Shown here: one piece after another, positions 30,618 through 40,963 of the stretch | How the letters are laid out: the number at the start of each line of letters is the position of its first letter | How positions within the stretch are numbered: position 1 is the first letter of the stretch | Source of the DNA: an uncultured Candidatus Rokubacteria bacterium | GTDB lineage: Bacteria; Methylomirabilota; Methylomirabilia; Rokubacteriales; DASRDR01 | Assembly: GCA_963805625.1 (NCBI GenBank) | Contig: CAWDVE010000017.1 | Span: forward strand, 768,001 to 832,000 | Direction: 5' to 3' | Length of the DNA stretch: 64,000 nt | Notes under the pieces: model-generated | What the model saw: only the letters and a program-made list of their open reading frames with translations | Database searches by the model: none | Told to the model about the DNA's origin: nothing | Program-made: the position numbers and the translations under genes

Positions 30618-31766
30618 GTGGCTGTGACGAAGCGTCCGCAACGTGGCTGGCAACTGGTGGTCGAGTGCCCTGTCCCCGACCTCGTGCGGGTGCGTCTATC
30701 CGGGACATGGCGCCTCGAGGATCATCTGCCCGACGTCGCCGAGGTCCAGGGGGCACTTGCCGGCAACCCCTCCGTCAGGCGACTGACGCTCGAGGCGACC
30801 CAGGTGACGGCATGGGACACGGGCCTGGTCGCTTTCGTGCTCAAGACGATGCGGCTTTGCGAGAGCAAGGCGATTGCTTTGGATCGACAGGCTCTGCCGG
30901 CGGGCGTCGATCGCCTCATCGGTCTCGCCACGGCCGTGCCCGAGAAGAAGATGGAGCCGCCGCCGGCAGCCGGTTCGTGGCTGGCCCGTATCGGCCTCGC
31001 CAGCATCGCCGTCTGGGACTCGGTCCGAGGCTTCACGAGATTCGTGGGCGAAGCGACCCTGGCCGGGGGGCGGCTCCTGCGCGGCAGAGCGAACTTTCGT
31101 TGGGCGGACCTGTCCGAGGTGACCGAGGCCTGCGGCCCCCGGGCGCTGCCCATCGTGACGCTGATCAGCTTCCTGGTCGGCCTCATCCTCGCGTTCATGG
31201 GTGCCGTCCAGCTTCACAGCTTCGGAGCTTCGGTGTACGTGGCCGATCTCGTCGCGATCGCGGCCACCCGCGAGATGGGCTGCCTCATGACCGGCATCAT
31301 CATGGCCGGCCGTACGGGAGCCGCCTTTGCGGCCCAGCTCGGCACCATGCGCGTCAACGACGAAATCGACGCGCTCGCGACCATGGGGATCTCGCCCATG
31401 GAGTTCCTCGTGCTCCCACGCATGTTGGCGCTGGTTCTCATGATGCCGCTGCTCACCGTGTACTCGGATCTCCTCGCCATTCTCGGCGGCGCGTTCGTCG
31501 GCGTGAGCATGCTGGGGCTCGGCATCGTCGAATACTTCGACCGAACCGCGCAGGCTCTGACCCTGACCAACTTCTTCATCGGCGTCTTCAAGGGATCGGT
31601 CTTCGGGATCCTTGTGGCGCTCTCTGGCTGTCTACGGGGTATGCAGAGCGGGCGCAGCGCGGCGGCTGTCGGACTGGCCGCCACGTCGGCGGTCGTGACC
31701 GCCATCGTCCTGATCGTGGTGGCCGAGGGAATCTTCGCAGTGGTGCTGAATGCCCTCAAGCTCTGA
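30618..31766 (+). CDS. mlaE: MlaE-family ABC permease with N-terminal STAS-like domain
   Basis: GPRALPIVTLISFLVGLIL, REMGCLMTGIIMAGRTGAAFAAQLGTMRVNDEIDAL, VGLAATSAVV. Confidence 0.9.
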   Translation: MAVTKRPQRGWQLVVECPVPDLVRVRLSGTWRLEDHLPDVAEVQGALAGNPSVRRLTLEATQVTAWDTGLVAFVLKTMRLCESKAIALDRQALPAGVDRLIGLATAVPEKKMEPPPAAGSWLARIGLASIAVWDSVRGFTRFVGEATLAGGRLLRGRANFRWADLSEVTEACGPRALPIVTLISFLVGLILAFMGAVQLHSFGASVYVADLVAIAATREMGCLMTGIIMAGRTGAAFAAQLGTMRVNDEIDALATMGISPMEFLVLPRMLALVLMMPLLTVYSDLLAILGGAFVGVSMLGLGIVEYFDRTAQALTLTNFFIGVFKGSVFGILVALSGCLRGMQSGRSAAAVGLAATSAVVTAIVLIVVAEGIFAVVLNALKL

Positions 31767-32532
31767 GTCGCAGCCCGTGGCGCCGGCCGTCGTCGTCACG
31801 GATCTCGACGTCGGCTACGGTAGCTTCGTCGTCCAGAAGAACCTGGGCTTCGAGGTGGGGCGCGGGAAGATCTTCGTCATCATGGGCGGCAGCGGCTGCG
31901 GGAAGAGCACGGTACTGCGGGTCATGATCGGTCTCCTGCCACCCCTGCGCGGCGACGTGGTCTTCGGGGGGCGGAATCTGTGGAGGTCGGACGATGACGA
32001 CCGGGTGCGGGTCACCCGGCGCTTTGGCGTCGTCTACCAGGGCGGCGCGCTCTGGAGCTCCATGACTCTCGCCCAGAACGTGGGCCTGCCACTGGGCGAG
32101 TTCACTGATCTGACGGCGGCCCAGATCCGAGAGGTCGCCTCCCTCAAGCTGGCCCTGGTCGGTCTGGCCGGTTTCGAGGACTTCTATCCCTCGCAGATCA
32201 GCGGCGGCATGCAGAAGCGCGCGGGCCTGGCGCGGGCCATGGCCCTCGACCCTGACATCCTGTTTCTGGACGAGCCGTCCGCCGGACTCGATCCCATGAG
32301 CGCCCGACGGCTCGACGATCTGATTCTGGAGCTCCGCGACAGCCTCGGCTCCACGGTGGTGGTGGTGACCCACGAGCTGGCCAGCATCTTTGCGATCGGC
32401 GACGATTCCGTGTTCCTCGATCCGGAGACGCGGACCATGATCGCCCGTGGCAACCCAAAGACTTTACTGGCCGAGTCGACCATTCCCAAGGTGCAGGCCT
32501 TTCTCACGCGCGGACAGGCTCCGGCGCGGTGA
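31750..32532 (+). CDS. mlaF: MlaF-family ABC ATPase
   Basis: GGSGCGKST, ISGGMQKRAGLARAMALDP, LFLDEPSAGLDP, VTHEL. Confidence 0.9.
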   Translation: MPSSSESQPVAPAVVVTDLDVGYGSFVVQKNLGFEVGRGKIFVIMGGSGCGKSTVLRVMIGLLPPLRGDVVFGGRNLWRSDDDDRVRVTRRFGVVYQGGALWSSMTLAQNVGLPLGEFTDLTAAQIREVASLKLALVGLAGFEDFYPSQISGGMQKRAGLARAMALDPDILFLDEPSAGLDPMSARRLDDLILELRDSLGSTVVVVTHELASIFAIGDDSVFLDPETRTMIARGNPKTLLAESTIPKVQAFLTRGQAPAR

Positions 32533-32554
32533 AGGGGGAAAGACGACATTCGCG

Positions 32555-33676
32555 ATGGCCAAACGTGCAAACCCAACCCTGATTGGCGCTTTCGTGCTGG
32601 GGGGCCTCACGCTCGTCGTGGCCACGGTCCTGCTCCTCGGGGGACGGGAGTGGTTCAAGCGTCCCTTGATCTGCCTCATGGCTTTCGACGGCAACGTGAC
32701 GGGACTCGCGGTCGGATCGCCGGTGAGCATCCGCGGGGTCCAGGTGGGCACTGTGTCGAGCATCCAGGTTCGGGCAGGGACGCCGTTCGTGGTCGTCACG
32801 ACCGAGTTCGACCCCGTGCGCGTCAGCGGCTTGCCAGGAGTGATCGCGCAGAAGGGCTTGGCGCGGACTCTCCAGGACGCCGTGGAAAGAGGCATGAGGG
32901 CCCGGCTCGAGACGTTGAGCCTCCTCACCGGGCAACTCTACATCGGGCTCGAGGAACATCCCGAGACACCCGCTCGGATGACGGGCATCGACAAGGCGCA
33001 TTGCGAGATCCCCACCATTCCCTCCGCGCTGGCGCAGTTCCAGGATCAGGCGAAGAAGATCCTGACGATGGTGGAACAGTTGCCCCTCAAGGAGCTCGTG
33101 GAATCGGCCACGCGGACAATCGAGGGCGTCGACCAGGTGGTGCGCGCGCCAGAGCTGAGGCGCGCCGTCGAGTCGCTCGACGGCACGCTGCGCGAGGCCC
33201 GGACGGTCCTGCGCAACATCGACACCCGCATTGACGCCAGCGCCGCGGCGCTAGAGACCACGCTCGGGCAGGCGCAACGCACCATCGATGAGGTGGGCCG
33301 CGACGTGAGCAGGCTGGTCCGAAGCGTGGACAACCAGGTGCAGCCCCTGGCGGCGAGCCTGGCGACGACGTCCGACTCGGCCCGGGAGCTCCTGCGGGAC
33401 GTTCAGCGGAGTCTGCGCAACGTCGACGAGCAGCTCGGCCCGGCGCTGGCCTCGCTCCGAGCCGCCAGCGACTCTGCCCGTGATGCACTGCGGAAAGCGG
33501 AGAGATCTCTCGATCAGGTGGATGGTGTGCTCGATGGACGTTCGCCGCTCGGCTATCAGCTGGTGGATGTGCTGGACGAACTGACCCGCGCCGTTCGCAT
33601 CTTGCGGACGCTGGGAGAGGAGATTGACCGGCAGCCAAACGTGCTCCTCTTCGGTCGGGGAGCACCAAAGGAATGA
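32555..33676 (+). CDS. mlaD: MlaD/MCE protein with long helical extension
   Basis: ANPTLIGAFVLG, GLAVGSPVSIRGVQVGTV, SLLTGQLYI, long heptad-rich helices, QPNVLLFGR. Confidence 0.88.
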   Translation: MAKRANPTLIGAFVLGGLTLVVATVLLLGGREWFKRPLICLMAFDGNVTGLAVGSPVSIRGVQVGTVSSIQVRAGTPFVVVTTEFDPVRVSGLPGVIAQKGLARTLQDAVERGMRARLETLSLLTGQLYIGLEEHPETPARMTGIDKAHCEIPTIPSALAQFQDQAKKILTMVEQLPLKELVESATRTIEGVDQVVRAPELRRAVESLDGTLREARTVLRNIDTRIDASAAALETTLGQAQRTIDEVGRDVSRLVRSVDNQVQPLAASLATTSDSARELLRDVQRSLRNVDEQLGPALASLRAASDSARDALRKAERSLDQVDGVLDGRSPLGYQLVDVLDELTRAVRILRTLGEEIDRQPNVLLFGRGAPKE

Positions 33677-34269
33677 GGAACCGTCTTGCCGCCCCATTCG
33701 TCGTCGTGCTCCTCGCTACCCTGGGGGCGGGCTGCTCGCTGCGCGATGCGCCGCCAAGGACCTACATTCTGTCGGCGGCGGGCGTGCCGGCGACGACGGG
33801 CGCTCATGAGGGCCCAGTGGTGGGCGTAGGCCCGGTGGCGCTTCCCGCGTACCTCGATCGACGCTCCATCGTGATGCACGAGGCAGACGGCGAGATCCGA
33901 CATTCCACGAGCCATCACTGGGCCGAGCCGCTCAAGGACGGCGTGACGCGCGTGGTCGCCGAGAACCTCGCGGTCATGATCCCCACCGACGCGGCACTCG
34001 TGTACCCGTGGCGCTCTCCCAGGGTCTTGACATACCGCGTCACACTGGAGATCTTCCGCTTTGACGGCACTCTCGGAGGTCCCGTCGTGCTGAATGGGCG
34101 CTGGCGGCTGCTCGACAAGGACGGCAACGAGCTGGCCCTTCGAACGGTGACGCTCGACGAGCGGCCCGTCGATTCGACATATGCGGCCCTCGTGGCCTCG
34201 CACAGTCGTCTGCTCGCCGCGGTGAGCCGAGACATCGCGACCGCGATCCGTACACGCGATGCCGGATAG
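33673..34269 (+). CDS. PqiC-family ABC auxiliary lipoprotein
   Basis: Lipobox GAGC, VGPVALPAYLDR, HWAEPL. Confidence 0.85.
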   Translation: MRNRLAAPFVVVLLATLGAGCSLRDAPPRTYILSAAGVPATTGAHEGPVVGVGPVALPAYLDRRSIVMHEADGEIRHSTSHHWAEPLKDGVTRVVAENLAVMIPTDAALVYPWRSPRVLTYRVTLEIFRFDGTLGGPVVLNGRWRLLDKDGNELALRTVTLDERPVDSTYAALVASHSRLLAAVSRDIATAIRTRDAG

Positions 34270-34674
34270 ATCCCGCGAGCGCCGCGCTGGTGGTCGGAAT
34301 GCAGCGCGCGCGGGCGGGACCGGCAAGGCGGGTGCGGCGGACAATGTTGCGAGTTAGTGTCGCTGGGCCGGCGTTACTCTGGATTCCAGGGCCGCCGACC
34401 CGGCGCGGCAATCGCCGGATATTCCTGGCCGCGCGCCGCATGGGCCTTCTCGACCCGGCGAGCGCACAAGTCCCGGGCGGCCGGCCCCGGCGGGGAGCGG
34501 GGAAGCTCAGAGAGCGTGCCGTGGGACGCCCAGGATTCTCAGCGACGCGTGGGGCCATCGGCGGAAGGCAGAGGTGGATGGCCGCACGCTCGGGGTTGGG
34601 GGCCGTCCCGGCGGTGCGGAACTACGCGGGCTGGCGGAGGGAGCGGTGGGTAGGCCGTCGGCCTGGTTGCGGAC

Positions 34675-36236
34675 TTAAGGAGCCCCTTTGCCCTGTTCCT
34701 TCTTGATTTTCTCGAGGGTTTCCTCTCTCGCTGCCCTCGATTCCAGGATCAGGCGGTAGGCGATGTAGTACTTGTAGATGTTGGCGACGTAGGTCACCGT
34801 CTCCGGACCAATCTTGTCGGCGGCGACATACTCCACGTTGTGGAACCAGACGTTCGGATCCAGCCCGCGCTTGGCGGCGTCCCTGCGGAGCTGAGAAATG
34901 CGGCCCGCACCAGCATTGTAGGAAGCGAACGCGAACAGGGCCTTGTCCAGTCTGGTCATGGGCTCATTACCGTAGTACTGGTCGATCATCCAGCGCATGT
35001 ACTTGATGCCGGCGTGGATGTTTGGCTCGACCTGGGTGATGTCGCCCACGCCGAGATCCTTCCCGGTGGCCGGCATGACCTGCATCACGCCGATGGCGCC
35101 CACCCGACTGCGGGCGGCCTGATCGAGCTGGGATTCCTGGTATCCCTGGGCCGCCATCAGCAACCAGTCCACATCGTACTTGTCCGCCGTACTTCTGGAA
35201 GTACTGGATCAGATCGAGGAATTTCTTGCGTTCGGATTCGGAGGCAGCGTTCTTCACATACTTCGCGCTCTTCAAGTAACGCGCCAGGATCATGTTTCCC
35301 GCCGTGGTCCCTTTGCCGTGGCGCGCGATGAAGTCGTCGACAGCGGCCTTGAGCTGCGGGCTGCCCTTGCGCATCGCCCAGGCAATGTCGCCGCCGGTGC
35401 GCACCGCGACCCCGTCGTGCACCGTGATCTTGGGGAAGACCTGCTTCCAGAAGTCGGCCTTGTGCTTGTCGACGACGATGAGCGGAATCAGGCCGGCGTT
35501 CACCATCTCGATCAGATCCTCGTCCTCCAGCGTCTCCGGCGCCTCCTTGATGATCACCGCAGGCTTCTTCTCTGTCGGCGAACCGCTGGTTGAGGGCGAT
35601 CAGGCTCTCGTAATAGCTGGAGGAGGTGCGAACGAAGACCTCCTTGCCCGCGAGGTCGTCCACGCTGGACACCGCTGGTGAGGCGGGACCCGATACCACC
35701 ACCTCGCTGACGTTGGGATACACCGGCGAAGAAAAGTCGACCAGTTGTCTGTCGCTCGTCGGTAATGGTGAGGTTGGCCGCCGCGATATCGCCCTTGCCG
35801 GCCGCCAGCGCCTGCAGAATCTCGCCGCGGCCGACCGGAATGAACACCACTCGCACCTTGAGATGCCTGTTGCTTCAGCTTCCGCGCCTTGGCCAGCTTC
35901 TTGTTCAGATCCTCCTCGAACAGGCGAGCAAAGTCGTAAGTTCGCGCCGCGCTGGACACCCTTATCCACGAAATAGAAGGTCTTGCTGTAGACCGTCAGC
36001 ACTCGAATGACCCGCCGCTCGATCATGCCGTCGAGATCACCGGTCCACGGCTGAATCGCGTCTTCGGGGTGTATGGTGAGCCGCTCACGCTGCGGCGTCT
36101 GGGGGGCCGGCTGTGCGACGGCTGCAGCATGGAACGGGCCGGCGAGAGGGGTGCACGCGAGGACCGCAGCGGCGCCGATGGCCAGCCGAAGGCGGCTTGG
36201 CGGGCGGTGTGCTGGCAGGTGGCGATTCCTCAACAT
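34675..36236 (-). pseudogene. MltF-like lytic transglycosylase (SBP_bac_3 + SLT) split by about five +1 frameshifts; pseudogene or assembly error
   Basis: Consecutive pieces in different frames: WTGDLDGMIERRVIRVL / YDFARLFEE / GDIAAANLTIT / LVDFSSP...SSSYYESL / EDLIEMVNAG...IAWAMRK / DWLLMAAQGYQES...GAIGVMQV...SYNAG...ETVTYV. Confidence 0.8.
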
Positions 36237-36679
36237 ACTCAGCGCCCCATGAGTTGGTCTGGTGTGACCGCTTACGACTGCCCCCGTCCTTTTCGGCCGA
36301 ATTCCCCGCCCCCTGGGGACATGTTGGTGTTCTACGACATGAGGCGGACCCCGTGCAAGCGGGCATTGGCGATGGCGGCGCCGACGGCGAGGGCCTGAGC
36401 GCCTCTAGGAGCGCGTTGGACGAGGCGACCCACCCAGGTGGGAATCGGCCGTCGCGAGGCCGAGGCCGCGCTCGCGATCTTCGGCCGGCTCGACGACGAG
36501 GCGGGCCAGGCCCGCGCTCTCGACGTGCTGAGGCGGTGACGGCGTTCGAGGAAGCGGAACGCAAGGATTATGGGGAGCCAACGCGCTGCGGGATGCAGTA
36601 GCCGCCGCGCGCTTCGTGGACTTCCTCTTTGGCCGCTATAAGGGCACGCAGTCCGGCTGACGAGGGGTTGTCGGTGATG

Positions 36680-36825
36680 CTCGTAAGTGGGAAACTGAGC
36701 GACACTCCTGCGAGACCGATGCCGACGTTCGGGAAGGCTGCCGCCCGCACTGCGGTGCCACAGGCGCCAAACAGGAGCCGGAATGTAGCGATCAATTCAG
36801 TCGCCGACGTCCTCGAGATCGACAT
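36680..36825 (-). pseudogene. aqpZ: Degraded N-terminal remnant of aquaporin Z
   Basis: [48 protein letters not shown] aligns by eye with the AqpZ start (AE..[32 protein letters not shown]) and ends before the first NPA motif. Confidence 0.65.
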
Positions 36826-36992
36826 CACCGGTACCCTCGTGTGAGCAATGGCGAACGCCCGCCGCACGACCCGGTGACGGCAGAGCACCGGGGGGCTCAG
36901 TTCGGAGCGTTGCGGTGCCGAGGCGCCGAGCAAGACCACGGATTCCCCCGCAATGAACACACGGCGCGCGGGGACGCGCAAGGAGAAGGACG

Positions 36993-38105
36993 ATGAACGC
37001 GCCCTTGAAGCCAGACCCAGGCCTCGAAGGACAGCGGACAACGCCGCTGCTCGACGTGCTGATCCGCGCCGGTCTCATCTTCGCACTGGCGACGCTCTGT
37101 TACCGGATCTTCTCGCCATTCCTGACCCTGACGGTCTGGGCGGTGATCCTCGCCGTCACGATGTACCCGCTCCACCAGCGGCTCGCGTACCGGCTGGGCG
37201 GGAGGCAGGGATGGGCGTCCACGCTGATCGTTCTGGTTGGTGTGGCGCTCTTCGTGGTGCCGACGGGCCTGCTGGTGGGTTCGCTGGGCGACGCGGCGCA
37301 GGGATTCGTGCGAGGCGTCCAGGCCAACACCGTGCAGATTCCGGCTCCGCGCCCGGGTGTGGAAGGATGGCCGATCGTCGGCAAGGAGATCCATGCGTTC
37401 TGGTCGAAGGCACACTCCGACCTTCCGGCACTCGTGCAGAGCATGCAGCCGAAGATCGGTGAGCTCGCGATTTGGGTGCTGGGCGCGGTGGCCGGGATTG
37501 GCGGCGGCATGCTCCAGTTCCTGGCGGCGTTCGTGATTGCCGGCGTCATCATGGCATTTGGCGAGGCTGGCGCACGCAGCAGCGAGGCGATCTTCGCGCG
37601 GATCATCAGCCCGGAGCGCGCTCCCAGTTTCGTTGCGCTGTCCACGGCGACCATTCGTGCGGTCGCACAGGGTGTCATCGGCGTGGCCCTGATCCAGGCC
37701 CTCGCGGTCGGCGTGATACTGCTCGTGGCCGGAATCCCGCTGGCGGGCCTGCTCGCGATCATCGTCCTGGTGCTGGGCATTGCACAGCTGCCCGCCGTGC
37801 TCGTCCTCTTGCCGGTGATTCTCTACATCTGGACGAGCGGCGATTACGGCACTGGGTCGGCGATCGTCTATTCGGCGTTGCTGCTCGCCGCAGGCCTGTT
37901 GGACAACGTCCTGAAGCCGCTGATGCTGGGCCGTGGCGTCGATGCGCCGATGCCGGTCATCCTGCTCGGCGCATTGGGCGGCATGGCGGCCAGGGGCATG
38001 GTCGGACTGTTCTTGGGCGCCGTCCTGCTGGCGCTGGGCTACCAGATCTTCATGGGCTGGGTATACGCGGGCCAGGCAGAGTCTGATTCGCAGCCGGCCG
38101 GTTGA
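36993..38105 (+). CDS. AI-2E family transporter
   Basis: AGGA RBS; [37 protein letters not shown]...[11 protein letters not shown]. Confidence 0.88.
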   Translation: MNAPLKPDPGLEGQRTTPLLDVLIRAGLIFALATLCYRIFSPFLTLTVWAVILAVTMYPLHQRLAYRLGGRQGWASTLIVLVGVALFVVPTGLLVGSLGDAAQGFVRGVQANTVQIPAPRPGVEGWPIVGKEIHAFWSKAHSDLPALVQSMQPKIGELAIWVLGAVAGIGGGMLQFLAAFVIAGVIMAFGEAGARSSEAIFARIISPERAPSFVALSTATIRAVAQGVIGVALIQALAVGVILLVAGIPLAGLLAIIVLVLGIAQLPAVLVLLPVILYIWTSGDYGTGSAIVYSALLLAAGLLDNVLKPLMLGRGVDAPMPVILLGALGGMAARGMVGLFLGAVLLALGYQIFMGWVYAGQAESDSQPAG

Positions 38106-38281
38106 ACCATGTTTGGCCTGTCGGGACATCCCAGAGCGTCCGGTGCCACCGCCAGGCTCTTGACAGGGCGCGCGACAGCCCCGCACCCTCTTGGGCGAAG
38201 AGGTGTCGTCTGTCGGCCCCCTGCGGGAATGCGGAGGACAGCTTTTTTGTCGACTCCCCCCTCTAACCGAGGCTGGCGGGG

Positions 38282-38902
38282 ATGAGCGCAGGCAGCAGAG
38301 CCGCACGCACCTATACGGCAGAGGAAGCGCTTGCCCGCCTCGTCGCAGGCAACCAGCGCTTCGTTCGCGGGCAGGCGCGATTCCCGACCGTGCAGAAGGA
38401 GATCCTCGCCGACCTCGCGAAGGGTCAACGCCCCTACGCGACGATCATCGGCTGCAGCGACTCGCGCGTGCCGCCCGAGCTGGTCTTCGACGCAGGGTTT
38501 GGGGAGCTGTTCATCGTGCGCATCGCGGGCAACGTGATTTCACCCGAGGTCATGGGTACGCTGCAGTACGCCGCTCTGCACTTGCACACACCGCTGTTCG
38601 TCGTGCTGGGCCACGAGGGTTGCGGTGCGGTGCAGGCTGCACTCGGGGTGAAGCGGCAGGGCGCGCGGGAGCGCGCCCGCATCGCGCTGCTCCTGGAAGA
38701 GATTCTGCCTGGATTGCGGGATATCAATGCGGAACTGACGCCGCAGGACCAGCTCGGGGCCGCGGTAGAGGCCAATGTGCGCTGGTCGATGCATCAGCTG
38801 CTGGACACGCCCGAAGGTCAAGCCCGGATGGCGGAAGGGGTCCTGAAGCTCGTGGGGGCGATCTACGAACTGAAGACTGGCCGCGTGCGGTTCTTGCACT
38901 GA
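38282..38902 (+). CDS. Beta-class carbonic anhydrase
   Basis: GNQRF, GCSDSRVPPELVFD, RIAGN, GHEGCGAV zinc ligands. Confidence 0.92.
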   Translation: MSAGSRAARTYTAEEALARLVAGNQRFVRGQARFPTVQKEILADLAKGQRPYATIIGCSDSRVPPELVFDAGFGELFIVRIAGNVISPEVMGTLQYAALHLHTPLFVVLGHEGCGAVQAALGVKRQGARERARIALLLEEILPGLRDINAELTPQDQLGAAVEANVRWSMHQLLDTPEGQARMAEGVLKLVGAIYELKTGRVRFLH

Positions 38903-38941
38903 AACGTCGCCGGCCCGTCGTGCCGGGCCTGGACGCGCGAC

Positions 38942-39030
38942 GGTGCTTACGCATTCTTTCGCCTCATCGAGACCGCGCTCGGCATCGGCGTGGCCTGGGC
39001 GATCGGTCTCGTGCCGCGACTCGTTCGGGT
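38942..39030 (+). pseudogene. Possible FUSC-family C-terminal remnant
   Basis: Isolated GAYAFFRLIETALGIGVAWAIGLVPR helix with no start codon or upstream domain. Confidence 0.3.
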
Positions 39031-39120
39031 CGACGAGGACGGGGCTCCATCAAGAGATCCGTGAGTGAAGTCGGGGCGGCGCGGCGACCTGGTGGGTCAC
39101 TCGCGCCCTCCGGTCAGCAC

Positions 39121-39564
39121 TCATGCCGGGGTCTTCAGGGATGGGAAGAGCCGCCCGTAGATCACCCCGATCACGGTCACGAGGATGCCGGTGGACCATC
39201 CCAGCATCAGCACTCCCACCGCCGCCTCGATCGGGCCGAGGAGGCGCCATGGCTCGGGCAACACCACGTCGCCATAGCCGACGGTGGTGTAGCTCGTGAG
39301 CGAGAAGTAGACTGCCGATTCGAGGTCGGGCAGCCCGCCGACCAGGACGAAGAAGAGCGCCCACACGATCGCCTCGGTGAGATGCAGCAGCAGCAGGGCG
39401 CCCACGAGCTGCGTCATGAAGAGCTCCGCGACGAGTCGGCCTGGACGGTCCTTGCGCCCGCTCCAGTGCCTGGTCACGCGTCCGACCGACGTGACGGTGC
39501 CGACACCATGAATGATCACCGTGATCGCCGTGAGGCCGAGCGCGGACAGGATCAGTCTGATCAT
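39121..39564 (-). CDS. Small potassium-channel-family protein (Ion_trans_2)
   Basis: YFSLTSYTTVGYGD selectivity filter between TM helices; ATG at 39564 after GGAG. Confidence 0.88.
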   Translation of the reverse strand: MIRLILSALGLTAITVIIHGVGTVTSVGRVTRHWSGRKDRPGRLVAELFMTQLVGALLLLHLTEAIVWALFFVLVGGLPDLESAVYFSLTSYTTVGYGDVVLPEPWRLLGPIEAAVGVLMLGWSTGILVTVIGVIYGRLFPSLKTPA

Positions 39565-39658
39565 CGACGTCTCTCCGAGCCCGCGGCGTCGCGAGTGCAC
39601 GAGACCGCGCCTCGTGCGCTGCGCGTGAGTGCCTGTCGCTGTTGAACCATCGACAAGC

Positions 39659-40732
39659 TCACCCTGCCGTCGGGATGAAATAGAACATGAGGGCGATGAT
39701 GAGATACACGGCGATGAGCTGGACCCCCTTGTACCAGTTCGAGCGCCCGTCCCCGGCCACCAGCGCTCCGATCAGGACGGCCATGAAGAGCGACCCGATC
39801 TCCGGACGGCTGAAGGAGAGCTCGAGCGGCGACGGCGCCACGAAGTAGCTCGCGAGCACCAGCACCGGCGCGACGAAGAGGGCGATCTGGATGCAGCTGC
39901 CGAGCGCGATGCCCACCGTGAGGTCCATCCTGTTCTTGCGCGCCATCGCGATCGCGGAGCCGCTCTCAGCGGCGCCGCCGACGATCGCCAGGAGGACGAT
40001 CCCGATGAAGACCTGCGACATTCCGAGTGCCGTCCCGGTGCCCTCCGCCGCGCCGACGAGGATCTCGCTCATCCACGCCGCGAGGAGCGACGCGGCGAGG
40101 AGGCTCCCGATCGCGCGCGCCCGGCTCCAGTGCGGACCGTCGTGGGCCTCGTGGCCGCCTGCATCTCCCGTGAACTCGTCGGGGTGGGTCTTGAGCATGA
40201 AGACGAGGTACAGACCGTAGGCCGCGAGCAGCACGACGGCGAGGCCGACGTTGAGGAGCGCTTCCTCCCGCACGGTCTCCGTGGGCGCGAAGAGGCGGCT
40301 GAACGCGCTCGGCACGGTCAGGCTGATCGCCGCCAAGAGCATCATGGAGCTGTAGACCCGCGCGGCTGGCGCCTGGTAGCTCTGGTTGTGGAAGCGCAAC
40401 CCGCCGACCAGGAACGCGATGCCGAGCGCCAGCAGCAGGTTCGCGAGGATCGCGCCGACGATGGAGGCGCGCACCATGTCGAGAAGCCCCGCCCTCAGCG
40501 CCACCAGGGCGATGATCAGCTCGGGAGCGTTGCCGAAGGTCGCGTTGAGGAGCCCGCCGACCGCGTCGCCCGTGTAGGTCGAGAGCTGCTCGGTCGACCG
40601 AACGATGAGGCTCGCCACCGGCACGATCGCGGCTGCCGCGGCAAAGAACACCCAGGGCTCCGGCGCGCCGGCATGCTCGAGCGCGAGCGTGACCGGAATG
40701 AGGGCCAGCAGCCAGTTCACCGAGGGCTTCAC
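39659..40732 (-). CDS. Ca2+/H+ exchanger (CAX/ChaA family)
   Basis: GGLLNATFGNAPELII, ANLLL, GSCIQIALFVAP, DGRSNWYKGVQL. Confidence 0.9.
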   Translation of the reverse strand: MKPSVNWLLALIPVTLALEHAGAPEPWVFFAAAAAIVPVASLIVRSTEQLSTYTGDAVGGLLNATFGNAPELIIALVALRAGLLDMVRASIVGAILANLLLALGIAFLVGGLRFHNQSYQAPAARVYSSMMLLAAISLTVPSAFSRLFAPTETVREEALLNVGLAVVLLAAYGLYLVFMLKTHPDEFTGDAGGHEAHDGPHWSRARAIGSLLAASLLAAWMSEILVGAAEGTGTALGMSQVFIGIVLLAIVGGAAESGSAIAMARKNRMDLTVGIALGSCIQIALFVAPVLVLASYFVAPSPLELSFSRPEIGSLFMAVLIGALVAGDGRSNWYKGVQLIAVYLIIALMFYFIPTAG

Positions 40733-40963
40733 GTTCTGGCCTCCCTTCGGACGTGGTGCTCATCGACGCGATGCGGGCACGGCTCTGCAGAGGAGCCACG
40801 CGCCGCGCCCGCCCAGGTGCAGATGCGGGCGTGGAGAATGGGCGGAGCGCGCCGGATCTGGAGAGAAACGCACGCCGTCCACGAGGCGAGTCCGATCGCC
40901 GGCCACGCCAGCGAGTCGGCGAGCGCTCAGTGACCTCCCGGACCGCCGCGCGGGACGCCGGGC

